A DNA stretch of 64,000 nucleotides from Raja brachyura (taxonomy: Eukaryota), in assembly GCA_963514005.1 (NCBI GenBank), contig OY740800.1, positions 42,656,001-42,720,000 of the forward strand. Direction: 5' to 3'. The notes beneath the pieces were generated by a model. The model was not told the DNA's origin. It saw nothing but the letters and a program-made list of their open reading frames with translations, and made no database searches. Both the position numbers and the translations under genes were made by a program. Position 1 is the stretch's first letter. The number at the start of each line of letters is the position of its first letter. Shown here one piece after another: positions 1 through 10,385 of this stretch.

Positions 1-589
1 TGGGAAGCAAATGTGATTCTGTATAAATGCATCTGAAAGAAATCTCATGACCTGAAAAAACATTCAGGCATCCAACTGACTCATTGCACAGGAGAATAAT
101 TGATAAGCAGAAAAAATAGCATTCAGATATCAAGTACTTTGGTTTGCGCTATTATGGTCCTACTTATTGTATTATTGATTATTTATTCAATATACATATA
201 TTCATATTTATTTGTTGTGTTGTTGCATTATTGTGCCTATAAAGCAAGTAAGAATCTCATCAGGTCCATTTAGCGATGAAATGATGACATCCAGCTGGAT
301 TTTGGTGCAGATATTCATGTTAACCATACATTATGGATGAGATGTACAATATGTCTCCTTTGATCCAAATATCAATCCTCACATCAGTAGATTTCAGAGA
401 AAATCATTTATTGCATGTTAATGACAAGGTGGAGAACAAAACAATCCAGGTGGTGCCATCTAAGAGAGGGTGATGGATGCTGTTAATCATAGCTAGTTCA
501 TCTGGAAGTGTGCATATAGAGGAACGAATAGGGTGGAATACAGACAGGGGCAAATATAATCGGATAATGCTGGAACTATGAGATGTGAA

Positions 590-1055
590 AGCGAAAAGTA
601 GCTAGAAATCTGAAGTGAAGGAAAATACTGGATGTACTCAATAGGTCAAATAGAATCTGTACCAAGTGGGGGAAAAAATGACCTGGTGTTACAGGTGGAT
701 GATTTTACCAGAACTGGCAGGTTCATAAGCAGGAAAGGCTGGTTATCTGAATTGTTGCATTCAATATTGTCCTGAGTGCTGCAATTGCCAGAACAAAAGA
801 TGAGATGCTCTTCATCCAGCTTACATTGAACTTTTGTTGAACAGAGTTGGAGAGGTTCATGGGTTGGAGACTCAAAGTGACAGGCAATTGGAAGACAGTG
901 TAACTGTCGCAGGTGGAAAGCATTCCGTTTTGCAAAGCTTTCAGCCAATCCGTGTTTAGTTTTTCCAATGTAGAGACCACTTTGTCACTATTAACTCCAA
1001 TGCATTCAATTGGCTTTAATGTGACTGGGAAGTAGGTTTGGGTCCCTGAAGGGTG
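590..1055 (-). mobile_element. Old, degraded Penelope-like element 3' part (GIY-YIG region and pseudo-LTR remnant)
   Basis: ORF 646..948(-) has decayed LPIACHFES...QCKLDEEHLIFC, the same motif as LPVAQHFNS...RKLEEQHLIF in better preserved copies in this window. Confidence 0.65.
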
Positions 1056-1146
1056 AGAATAAAGTTTATTTCACTCGGATTCATGAATCATTGCACATTC
1101 ATGTTTTTTTTTCACCCTGTTAATCTGAATGTTATTTTGCTTGCAG

Positions 1147-1284
1147 ATTGAGAACCTCCAGGAACAACTGAGGGATAAAGAGCGGCAAATGAACAGTTTA
1201 AAGGAACGTGTAAAATCATTGCAGACTGACACCACCAATACAGATACTGCACTAACTACCCTTGAGGAAGCTCTTGGAGAGAAG
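1147..1284 (+). CDS. ERC1: ERC1/ELKS internal coding exon (138 nt, phase 0-0): IENLQEQLRDKERQMNSLKERVKSLQTDTTNTDTALTTLEEALGEK
   Basis: Acceptor ttttgcttgcag, donor gtgagt. Translation closely matches the recalled mammalian ERC1 segment IENLQEQLRDKEKQMSSLKERVKSLQADTTNTDTALTTLEEALAEK. DTTNTDTALTT fits ERC1 better than ERC2 (DSSNTDTALAT). Confidence 0.95.
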
Positions 1285-2571
1285 GTGAGTTATGCATGTC
1301 TGAAATAAGATGCCGACATTCTTATTAGTAACATTGGGAACATGTTTTGTACAACAACATTATTTTAATAATTAGCATTGCTGGAGCTGACGAGGTTGCT
1401 TCAGTATATTGTGGAAATGGTATCAGAAATATTTCTATAAAGGATTATTCACTAAGTGAATTATCCATTTTTAGACATATCTTCAAGTTGGAAAGCAAAG
1501 AAGGTATTTTTCTCGCGTTGATATAGTATATACAGAGAAAATAATTATCGATTCCATGTTATTATTATGTATAAATACCATTTGCAGAGTACTCTTGGCA
1601 GGATTTCTGGAGTTGAGAACTTATGGATATTGTAAAACTTGCCAGAATCACTGAATAGAATTACGTATGTGTAAAATCTTGCATGTGATATGTGCTTCCT
1701 GTACACATTAATCTTACTTCCTGTGCCATGCCTTTTTTGAAAACCCATACGCTAACATTTCCCAAAGCCCTTCATAATATAGAAACCACATGTTAACGTA
1801 TAATAATAGAAAGGTTCTATCAACTACTTACCCATAGTTTGTTGATGAAATAATTAAATCAGTCCAAGTACTTGGGGGGGGGGTAAAAAAAATCAACTTT
1901 GATTTTTTTTTTCACAGTAACTGAAACTTCTACTGATTTTTAAAATATTTATTTCATAACAAGATATCTTATATCAATTGAATTTCCTTTCGTGCATTTT
2001 CTACGGAAAACTTGGCTGGAATGCAACTCTGTTTTTCCTCCTCATTCCCTATCCCCTCCGCAAGATCTGGTAGAAGTAAAAACTTGTCCAAATACATGCT
2101 GGTTAACATTGGACAGACGCTCCCCGACTCGCGTAAGAGTTACGTCCTGCAGACCCTTGCGTAAGTTGGATGTTACTCTAGTCGGAAATGGAAATTATTG
2201 TGCACGCATAAACACTCGACGCGGAAACCATATGGGAGCCCCGCACAGTGACCACGTAGGCGTCCGTAGGCTTAAAGAATGCTTACGTAAGTGAGAGTTT
2301 ACGAATGTTGTCTATTACGTAATTCTTTACATAGGATTTTAATATTATTTTAGGACTCTTTTTTAAGCCCCATTGCTTGTATCAGTACATTGGTTTTGTA
2401 CATGGATTGGTTTGGGTGTTGTTCTCTAAGCCATCATTTATAGCCATTCCTTTAACTCACCATTCAACCAAATCGATGACAGTGTGGTGTCACAAATGGC
2501 AACCAATACATCAACCATCACAGACAGTAGATTTCCTTTAGTGGAGTGAACCAGATAGGATTTATTGATAG

Positions 2572-2667
2572 AACAAAGACACAGTGCTGGAGTAACTCAG
2601 CAGGTCAGGCAGCGTCTCTGGAGAACAGGAATAGGTGACATTTCTGGTTGGGATCCTTCTTCAGACT
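2572..2667 (-). repeat. Solo Penelope pseudo-LTR fragment
   Basis: gacacagtgctggagtaactcagc...ccttcttcagact matches the termini of the GIY-YIG elements at 17870 and 43846. Confidence 0.75.
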
Positions 2668-2832
2668 TACAAAGAGCAGGATAGTTCTGGAGGAGATGTT
2701 ATGATCATTTGATTGCTCAAAAACTGATAATGAAGCTATCACAGATTCTGCCATAGGAGAAGCAAGATGTGCTAAGTGGGGCCTCTATGACTAGGGGAAA
2801 TAATTGAGATACTTAACAGGAAATGTACATGT

Positions 2833-3110
2833 TTTTAGTTTAGAGATACAGTGCGGAAACAGGCACTTTGGCCAACCAGCGATCCCCGCACATTAACACT
2901 ACCCGATACACACTAGGGACAATTTACACGTACCAAGCCAATTCACCAACAAACCTGTATGTCTTTGGAGTGTGGTGGAAACTGAAGATCTTGGAGAAAA
3001 CCCACGCAGGTCACGGGAGGACGTTCAAACTCCGTACACACAAGCACCCGTAGTCAGGATCGAACCCGGGTCTCTGGTGCTATAAGGCATCAAGTGTGCC
3101 ACCGTGCTGA
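2833..3110 (-). mobile_element. tRNA-derived V-SINE (HE1-like)
   Basis: Reverse strand shows a tRNA-like head with B box GGTTCGATCC, then a V-domain-like ggagtttgaacgtcctcccgtgacctgcgtgggttt, and a CR1-like tail ending in (ctaaa)n. Confidence 0.8.
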
Positions 3111-3761
3111 CTGTTCTGTAAAACCTTTTGTGAAAAATACATCATTGCATTCATCACTTAAATTATATGGTATACAATGTTAAAAATGTGGTATGGTTTT
3201 TCACATCACCTATTGTGACTATAGATTTACAAACATATTTTAAATTGTATTTACATTAACAATACTCAAGTATTTCTGGATTGAATTCAATTAATTTATT
3301 CTTTTTTTCATGAATGCTAGAGGATCAAAATGACCCATTTCTGGATTGCATTTCCTTGAATTCTTGCAGCAATGGATTAGGTCCCTGACATTATGTTAAA
3401 ACAAAAGTGTCTCTTAATTAATGTAATGAAAATGAAACATATAATGGAGCAAATCCACTGCTGTCACAGCATATCTGCCCCTGTATAACACTAATTCTTT
3501 CAACATAGCCCTGTGCACAGCTCTCCATCGAGAACCTAGATCCCAGCACATTGATTAATCAGAACTTCACTTTTAGTTATATACCAGAAGATGAATCTAT
3601 TCAAACCCTTCCGAAATGAACGAATGTTTAATTCCTTCTGGATTTCATTAAAAGTTGTTCTTAATCCTTTATATGGTGGCCAAAAGCTGTGTTTTATCCA
3701 GAATATCATGCTCATGGAATCGTGCTCTTTTAGTTTATTTCTATGTGAAGTTGCAATTGGC

Positions 3762-6100
3762 ATATAACCATATAAACATATAACAATTACAGCACGGAAA
3801 CAGGCCTTCTCGGCCCTTCCAGTCCGTGCCGACCATTTATTTTCCCCTAGTCCCATCTACCTGCACTCAGACCATACCCCTCCTTTCCCTTCCCGTCCAT
3901 ATACCTATCCACTTTACTTTTAAATGTTAAAATCGATCCTGCCTCCACCACTTCTGTTGGTAGATCATTCCAGCCACCACTCTCTGAGTAAAGAAGTTCC
4001 CCCTCATGTTACCCCTAAACTTCTGTCCCTTAATTCTCATGTCATGCCCTCTTGTTTGAATCTTCCCTACCCTCAATGGGAAAAGCTTATCCACGTCAAC
4101 TCTGTCTATCCCTTTCAACATTTTAAAGACCTCAATCAAGTCCCCCCCTTAACCTTCTGCGCTCCAAAGAATAAAGACCTAACTTGTTCAACCTTTCTCT
4201 GTAACTTAGTTGCTGGATCCCAGGTAACATTCTAGTAAATCTCCTCTGTACTCTCTCTATTTTGTTGACATTCTTCCTATAATTAGGCGACCAAAATTTT
4301 ACACCATACTCCAGAATTGGTCTCACCAATGCCTTGTACTATTGAACATTACTTCCCAACTCCTATATTCAATGCTCTGATTTATAAAGGCCAGCACACC
4401 AAAAGCTTTCTTTACCACCCTATCTACATGCGATTCCACCTTCAGGGAACTATGCACAGTTATTCCTAGATCCCTCTGTTCCACAGCATTCCTCAATTCC
4501 CTACCATTTACCATGTACGTCCTATTTTGATTTGTCCTGCCAAGATGTAGCACCTCACACTTATCAGCATTAAACTCCATCTGCCATCTTTCAGCCCACT
4601 CTTCCAAATGTCCAAAACAGAATATTCTGTCAGGACCTGGAGACTTATCCACTTTTATATTTTTCAAAAGTGTCAGTACTTCCTCCTCTTTGAATCTCAT
4701 AGTTTCCATAGCTACTCTACTTTTTTCCCTTACCTCACAGAGTTCAACATCCTTCTCCTTGGTGAATACCGAAGAAAATAAATTGTTCAATATCTCCCCC
4801 ATCTCGTTTGGCTGCAGATAGCTGTCCATTCTGGCTCTCTAATGGTCCAATTTTATCCCTCGTTATCCTTTTGCTATTAATATAGCTGTAGAAACCCGTT
4901 GGATTTACTTTCACCTTTCTTGCCAAATCAACCTCATATCTTCTTTTAGCTTTTCTTATTTCTTTCTTAAGATTCTTTTTACATTCTTTATACTCATCTA
5001 GCACCTCATTTACTCCATGCCTCCTATAATTATTGTAGATATCTCTCTTTTTTCGAACCAAGTGTCCAATTTCCCTTGAAAACCATGGATCTTTCCGATT
5101 TTTACTATTTCCTTTCAACCGAACAGGGACATAAAGATTTTGTACTCTTACAATTTCCCCTTTAAATGTCCTCCATTTCTCTTCTACATCCTTCCCATAA
5201 AACAAAATGTCCCAATTCACTCCTTTTAAATCATTACGCATTCCCTCAAAGTTAGCCTTTCTCCAATCAAAAATCTCAACCCTAGGTCCAGTTCTGACTC
5301 TCTCCATAATTATATTGAAAATAATGGTATTGTGATCACTGGTCCCGAAGTGCTCACCAACGCATACCTCCGTCACCTGACCTGCCTCATTTCCTAACAG
5401 GAGGTCCAGCACTGCCCCTTCTCTGGTCGATACCTCTATGTATTGCTGCAAAAAACTATCCTGCACATATTTAACAAACTCCAAACCATCCAGCCCATTT
5501 ACAGAATGTGTTTCCCAGTCTATTTTTGGAAAATTGAAATCTCCCACAATCACTACCTTGTGCTTCCTACTAATATCTGCTATCTCCTTACATATTAGCT
5601 TTTCCAATTCTCGCTCCCCATTTGGCGGTCTATAATACACCCCTAAAAGTGTTGCTACACCGTTCCCACTTCTCAGTTCCACCCAAATAGCCTCCCTAGA
5701 CCAGCCCTCTAATCTATCCTGCCAAAGCACTGCTGTAATATCTTCTCTGACAAGCAATGCAACACCTCTACCTCTGGTCCCTCCAATTCTATAACACCTG
5801 AAGCAACAAAATCCTGGAATATTTAGTTTCCAATCACACCCCTCCCGCAACCATGTTTCACTGATTGCCACAACATCATATTTCCAGGTGTCAATCCAGG
5901 CTCTAAGTTCATCCACCTTTCTTACAATGCTCCTAGCATTAAAATATACACATTTTAGAAACCCACCATCCCTTATTCACTGTTTATTATCTTTTTTCTT
6001 TTTCTCGCCTACATTTTGGGTCGGAGTGCTTCCCTTCTCTGCCTCTTGCCCCTCACCCTGTCCCCTAGCCCCACTACCCCATATTGCTTACACTTTGGGA
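3762..6100 (-). mobile_element. CR1-clade LINE with intact APE endonuclease region but the RT core deleted
   Basis: ORF 4744..5916 has APE motifs (ISETWL, GVYYRPP, IVGDFN, SDHN). ORF 4323..4829 jumps from KSPGPD to WAERWQMEFN. C-terminal ORFs 4132..4329 and 3927..4139 and a short-repeat tail lie near 3762-3790. Confidence 0.92.
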
Positions 6101-7377
6101 TTATAGAAGTTTTTTTAGATTGATGCATCTTGAATATCTGAATCAGTGTATTTTCAAAAAGTGCACTAATTGGCTACTGATTGCAGCTTGGGAAGTTTCG
6201 ATTGATGCTTGTTGAATTGATGCTCAATTCCTACATACTTCCTGAATGTATTTTATATGTTTCTGTCCGTTAAGGTCTAATGACAGGATATCTGGTGAGG
6301 TGACGGAGTATCTGATTGGTATAGCTTACATGGACCAGGGCAGCTTGGGGATAGACGGCAGGCCTCCGTCTATAAGAAATCTCACAAATGTATTAATTTT
6401 TTGAAGTGGTCTTCAAGACGATTGACAAGGACAGGGCAGTGGACGTTGTCTTTATGGACTTTAGAGGTTCTGCATGGTAGGATAGTCCAGAGGTTGGATC
6501 ACAAGGAATATGGTGCATTGAATTATCATAGAACCTGGTTGCATGGATCAGTTTGGGCCGGAGGGCCTGTAACTGTACTTTCAATTTATAGAATATATTG
6601 GGATAGCAATGCGCATAATCAAAACTTTTATGAAGGAAGATTATATGTTCTGGTTGAAAAGGTGCAGCAAAGGAGATTTTTTTTTTTTGGTGCATCAGGA
6701 CATATTTGTCTGCTTCAGTGTGCCGCAGGTATAGTTGAGTGAACTGCACTAATGGAAAAATAATTGTAATGCAATAAACAATTAATTGTTATCTTTAAAT
6801 GCACTCTGAATATTAATTAATTGTTAAAAATTTACATAACCATTTTGTTTTTCTGCACAATTATTAAGGCACTGCTGATAATTTGTGTAAGATGGGCGAG
6901 AAGTTTCAAAGAACTGAACATATTGTGAGTGGGTAACGATAGCAATGGGATTCAGTTTATAGAAGGGTGAATGGGCACATGGGATGAAAGATAGAAAATG
7001 TGGAATAATTTCTAAACTATGAGAGTTACGTAACCGTAGGAAGTAAGATTTTGGGTGCCAAGATACACAAATGATTGAAAACTATTTCACAATACAAGAA
7101 GTAGAGCAATATCCCAAATTTACTGTTCATCTGGATGTAGCCATCTTTATTTTTCGTTTAACGTGTTTTTCATTTTTTCTGTGTTGCATAGCACGTTTCA
7201 TCTTGTTGCACTCCACGAGGTAATCCTGGTGCAGCTGTGCATCTAGAGTCTAGTTCACAATTCACCATCGGCAACTGTCTGTGTCATTGAACACCTGGGC
7301 TTACCCTGCAGTGCCGTATGGCAGCTGATAAACTGAACTACCGTTCAGGCCATTGTGTAGTTGCTACTAACCTTTGT

Positions 7378-7680
7378 GTAAGAAAGAACTGCAGATGCTG
7401 GTTTAAATCGAAGGTGGACACAAAATGCTGGAGTAACTCACAGGGTGAGGCAGCATCTCTGGAGAGAAGGAATAGAAACATAGAAAATAGGTGCTGGAGT
7501 AGGCCATTCAATATGATCATGTGTGATCATCAAAAATCTGTACCCCGTTCCTGCTTTATCCCCATATCCCTTGATACCGTTAGCCCTAAGAGCTATATCT
7601 AACTCTCTCTTGAAAACATCCAGTGAATTGACCTCCACTGCCTTCTGTGGCAGAGAATTCCACAGATTCACAACTCTCTT
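7378..7680 (-). mobile_element. Penelope pseudo-LTR fragment (7378-7470) joined to a CR1 3' end (7471-7680)
   Basis: agaaagaactgcagatgctgg... is followed directly by the CR1 tail atagaaacatagaaaatagg. ORF 7438..7722(-) contains RVVNLWNSLPQKAVE. Confidence 0.85.
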
Positions 7681-7824
7681 AAGCATCCTTAAGTACTGAG
7701 AACAAACAACATACTCCACCAATGGAGATTCGTGTTAATTAACTTTGTCCTATTGATTACCACGAGTTAACATGATGCAATGTTATTTCAATTTTCTTTG
7801 ATTAATTGCATTACTTTGTTAAAG

Positions 7825-7965
7825 GAGAGAATAATTGAACGGCTTAAAGACCAAAGAGAAAGGGATGAAAGAGAAAAACAAGAAGAAATTGATAGCTACA
7901 AGAAAGAGTTAAAAGAAATTAAAGAAAGAGTCACTGGTCTCCAAGGAGATCTCTCGGAAAAGGAG
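7825..7965 (+). CDS. ERC1: ERC1 internal coding exon (141 nt, phase 0-0): ERIIERLKDQRERDEREKQEEIDSYKKELKEIKERVTGLQGDLSEKE
   Basis: Acceptor ctttgttaaag, donor gtaagt. Lies in ORF 7780..7992, continues the previous exon in frame, and matches ERC1 EREKQEEID...LQGDLSEKE. Confidence 0.95.
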
Positions 7966-8165
7966 GTAAGTAATAAACCGTGTTCCAGGTGAGGCAAATC
8001 AGAAAGGTTTTATGAAATCTGACTATTCTCTCAGAGGAATGCAGATAAAATCATGCCTACTATGCAATGATCTAATTAAAGCATTTATATTGCAAAACTG
8101 GAACCAGGTGTAAAAGTCAACTCAATCTGAGTACTAATTTACAGAAATAAATTTCCGTTATTTGT

Positions 8166-8410
8166 TTGAGAAGGAACTGCAGATGCTGGAAAATCGAAGG
8201 TAGACAAAAATGCTGGAGAAACTCTGCGAGTGAGGCAGCATCTATGAAGCGAAGGAAATAGGCAACGTTTTGGGTCAAAGTCATTCTTCAGAATAAGGGT
8301 TCTTAGAAGAAAGGTCTGAAGAAGGGTTTCGACCCAACACGTTGCCTATTTCTTTCGCTCCATAGATGCTGCTTCACCCGCTGAGTTTCTCCAGCATTTT
8401 TGTCTACCTC
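8166..8410. repeat. Inverted pair of Penelope pseudo-LTRs (long hairpin)
   Basis: aggtagacaaaaatgctggagaaactc... is mirrored by ...gagtttctccagcatttttgtctacct. Confidence 0.85.
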
Positions 8411-8818
8411 TGTTATTATTTATCATTTTTATTATTTACAATTTTTCATTGTTAGTAGTGTTAACATTTCCTGTTTTTAGTTACCCTCTCATACTGAACA
8501 CCATGTGTCTGATATATCAGTGTCTGATTTTGGCTGCATAATATCTAGCATTGCAGAACTGTCCAGTTTTGACTATTCATTCTAATTACTATAATTTTTT
8601 TTTGCTGGATCCTCTTGTATGTTGTTGATCTTTATGCAAATGCCAATGTGGAATTAAGTCGTCATTAGTGAAGCACCAGTAACAATGTATTGAAAGTTAG
8701 TAGACAAGTTTGAGGTGTGCAGGCTCAGGACCGATTAATGATCCTCCAGAATTAAATGTGAAGAAAAGCCACATGGAAATGGTGTGGTTGTGATCTGGAC
8801 AATAAGCTGGACAATATA

Positions 8819-9070
8819 ATTTAGTTTGGAGATACAGTGTGGAAACTGTGCCAGCCGTGATCACCCGTATGCCAGTTCTATCCTATACACTAGAGACAAT
8901 TTACAGAAGTCAACATACAAGCCGGTACTTCTTTGGAGCACCTGGAGAAACCATGTATGGTCACAAGGAGAGCATACAAACTCCATACAAACAGCACCCG
9001 TAGTCAAGAACAAACCAAGGTCTCTGATGCTGTAAGGCAGCAACTCTACTGGTGCGGCACTATGCTGCCC
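8819..9070 (-). mobile_element. V-SINE (HE1-like), diverged
   Basis: Colinear with the 2833-3110 copy (caaactccatacaaacagcacccgtagtca). Confidence 0.75.
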
Positions 9071-9247
9071 AGAAAGGAAAACTATTGGAAGACAAAATTC
9101 AAAGCAGAAATTAAGGAGATTGAGGGGTAGTTTGAGGAAGTTAGGAGGTCAGATATAGGCTGAAAATACACTATGATGTACATAATGTTAATGGAAATTT
9201 TAAACAATTTCATACTAACTAAAGTTGTAATTTATTTAATGCTATAG

Positions 9248-9385
9248 TCAGTGTTACTAGACCTCAAAGATCATGCCTCGTCTTTGGCGTCGTCTGGATT
9301 GAAGAAGGATTCTAAGCTAAAAACACTGGAGATGGCTCTTGAGCAAAAGAAGGAGGAATGCATTAAATTAGAACAGCTACGCAAG
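9248..9385 (+). CDS. ERC1: ERC1 internal coding exon (138 nt, phase 0-0): SVLLDLKDHASSLASSGLKKDSKLKTLEMALEQKKEECIKLEQLRK
   Basis: Acceptor aatgctatag, donor gtaaat. Matches ERC1 LLDLKEHASSLASSGLKKDSRLKTLEIALEQKKEEC. Confidence 0.95.
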
Positions 9386-10385
9386 GTAAATCCATATTGA
9401 AACATTTCATCTTGTCTCGGTGCCATTTTACATTCAAGACCCTGAAAATCCAACTGCACATGAATAGAAATGCAAAAATGAAATAGAAAGCGGGGATCTA
9501 TAAGAATATGTTCTAGGGCTGATCATACAAGATCTGCAGGCATTCAGCTTGCGTTAAATTGTGCATGCTTAAAAGTTTAAAAAATATATTTTTTTCCATT
9601 CGTGCATAGTTAGTGCAAGTTATTTCAGGAGACGTTCACCTTGGTTGAATCCTACCTATCCTGATTCATCGAGCAGCTTGCATGCCTTAACGGGGTGATT
9701 CTAACAGCTCAGATATTCACGTTTTTGTGGGATATTACTTTCAGAAGTGGCAGATGCCTCAACAATTAACATTATCTTTAAGACTTTTGCCTTTCATCAC
9801 GGTGATGTGCCTGGTGAACTCATTGTGGTGGATGTTAAATTCGTGTTTATTGTGTGTTTTTGTTATTTTATTATATGTACTACTACTACTACTCGGTAGT
9901 TGTATGTTTTACTGTTCACACACAGATGTCTGTTTATCATGGCAAACAAAGGTCTGTTTATCACAGCAATAGTCCACAATAAAACACAGATATCGCATTA
10001 CTTGTGGAGTGCCGATGAAAGCCAAGCGCAACTTTGTCCTTGCCCTGTCAGAGATATCCCATTTGTCCTATCCATCCCTTCATGTGATGTAAAGTTTTCC
10101 AATTCTAATAAAATGTATTTTCCATTTCAAGTCCTGAAATGCTCACTGATGCTACCGTACCTGCTGAGTGTTTTTACTTTTTTGTTAGTTACATTGGATT
10201 TCACGCATCAGTAGATTGTTTTGATTTTTAGATTTATTTTACTATTAAAATTATAACGATGGACACCTGACTATAGAGGTTCAAACAGTGAGCAGTGGGA
10301 AAGCGGGTTGCGACTTTCTCATGGATGGGCCCAAGTGTGTCAGGAGTGGATTGTGAAAGCGACTTCATATAGAATTAGTGTGAAT

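Noticed and set aside
2090-2330. CpG-rich patch with repeated CGTAAG/TTACG motifs and a 100-aa ORF
   Set aside because: Probably an internal piece of a non-autonomous DNA transposon, but no TIR or TSD was found and the ORF has no recognisable motif.
3030-3110. tRNA-like sequence with B box
   Set aside because: It is the head of a V-SINE with no complete cloverleaf, not a tRNA gene.
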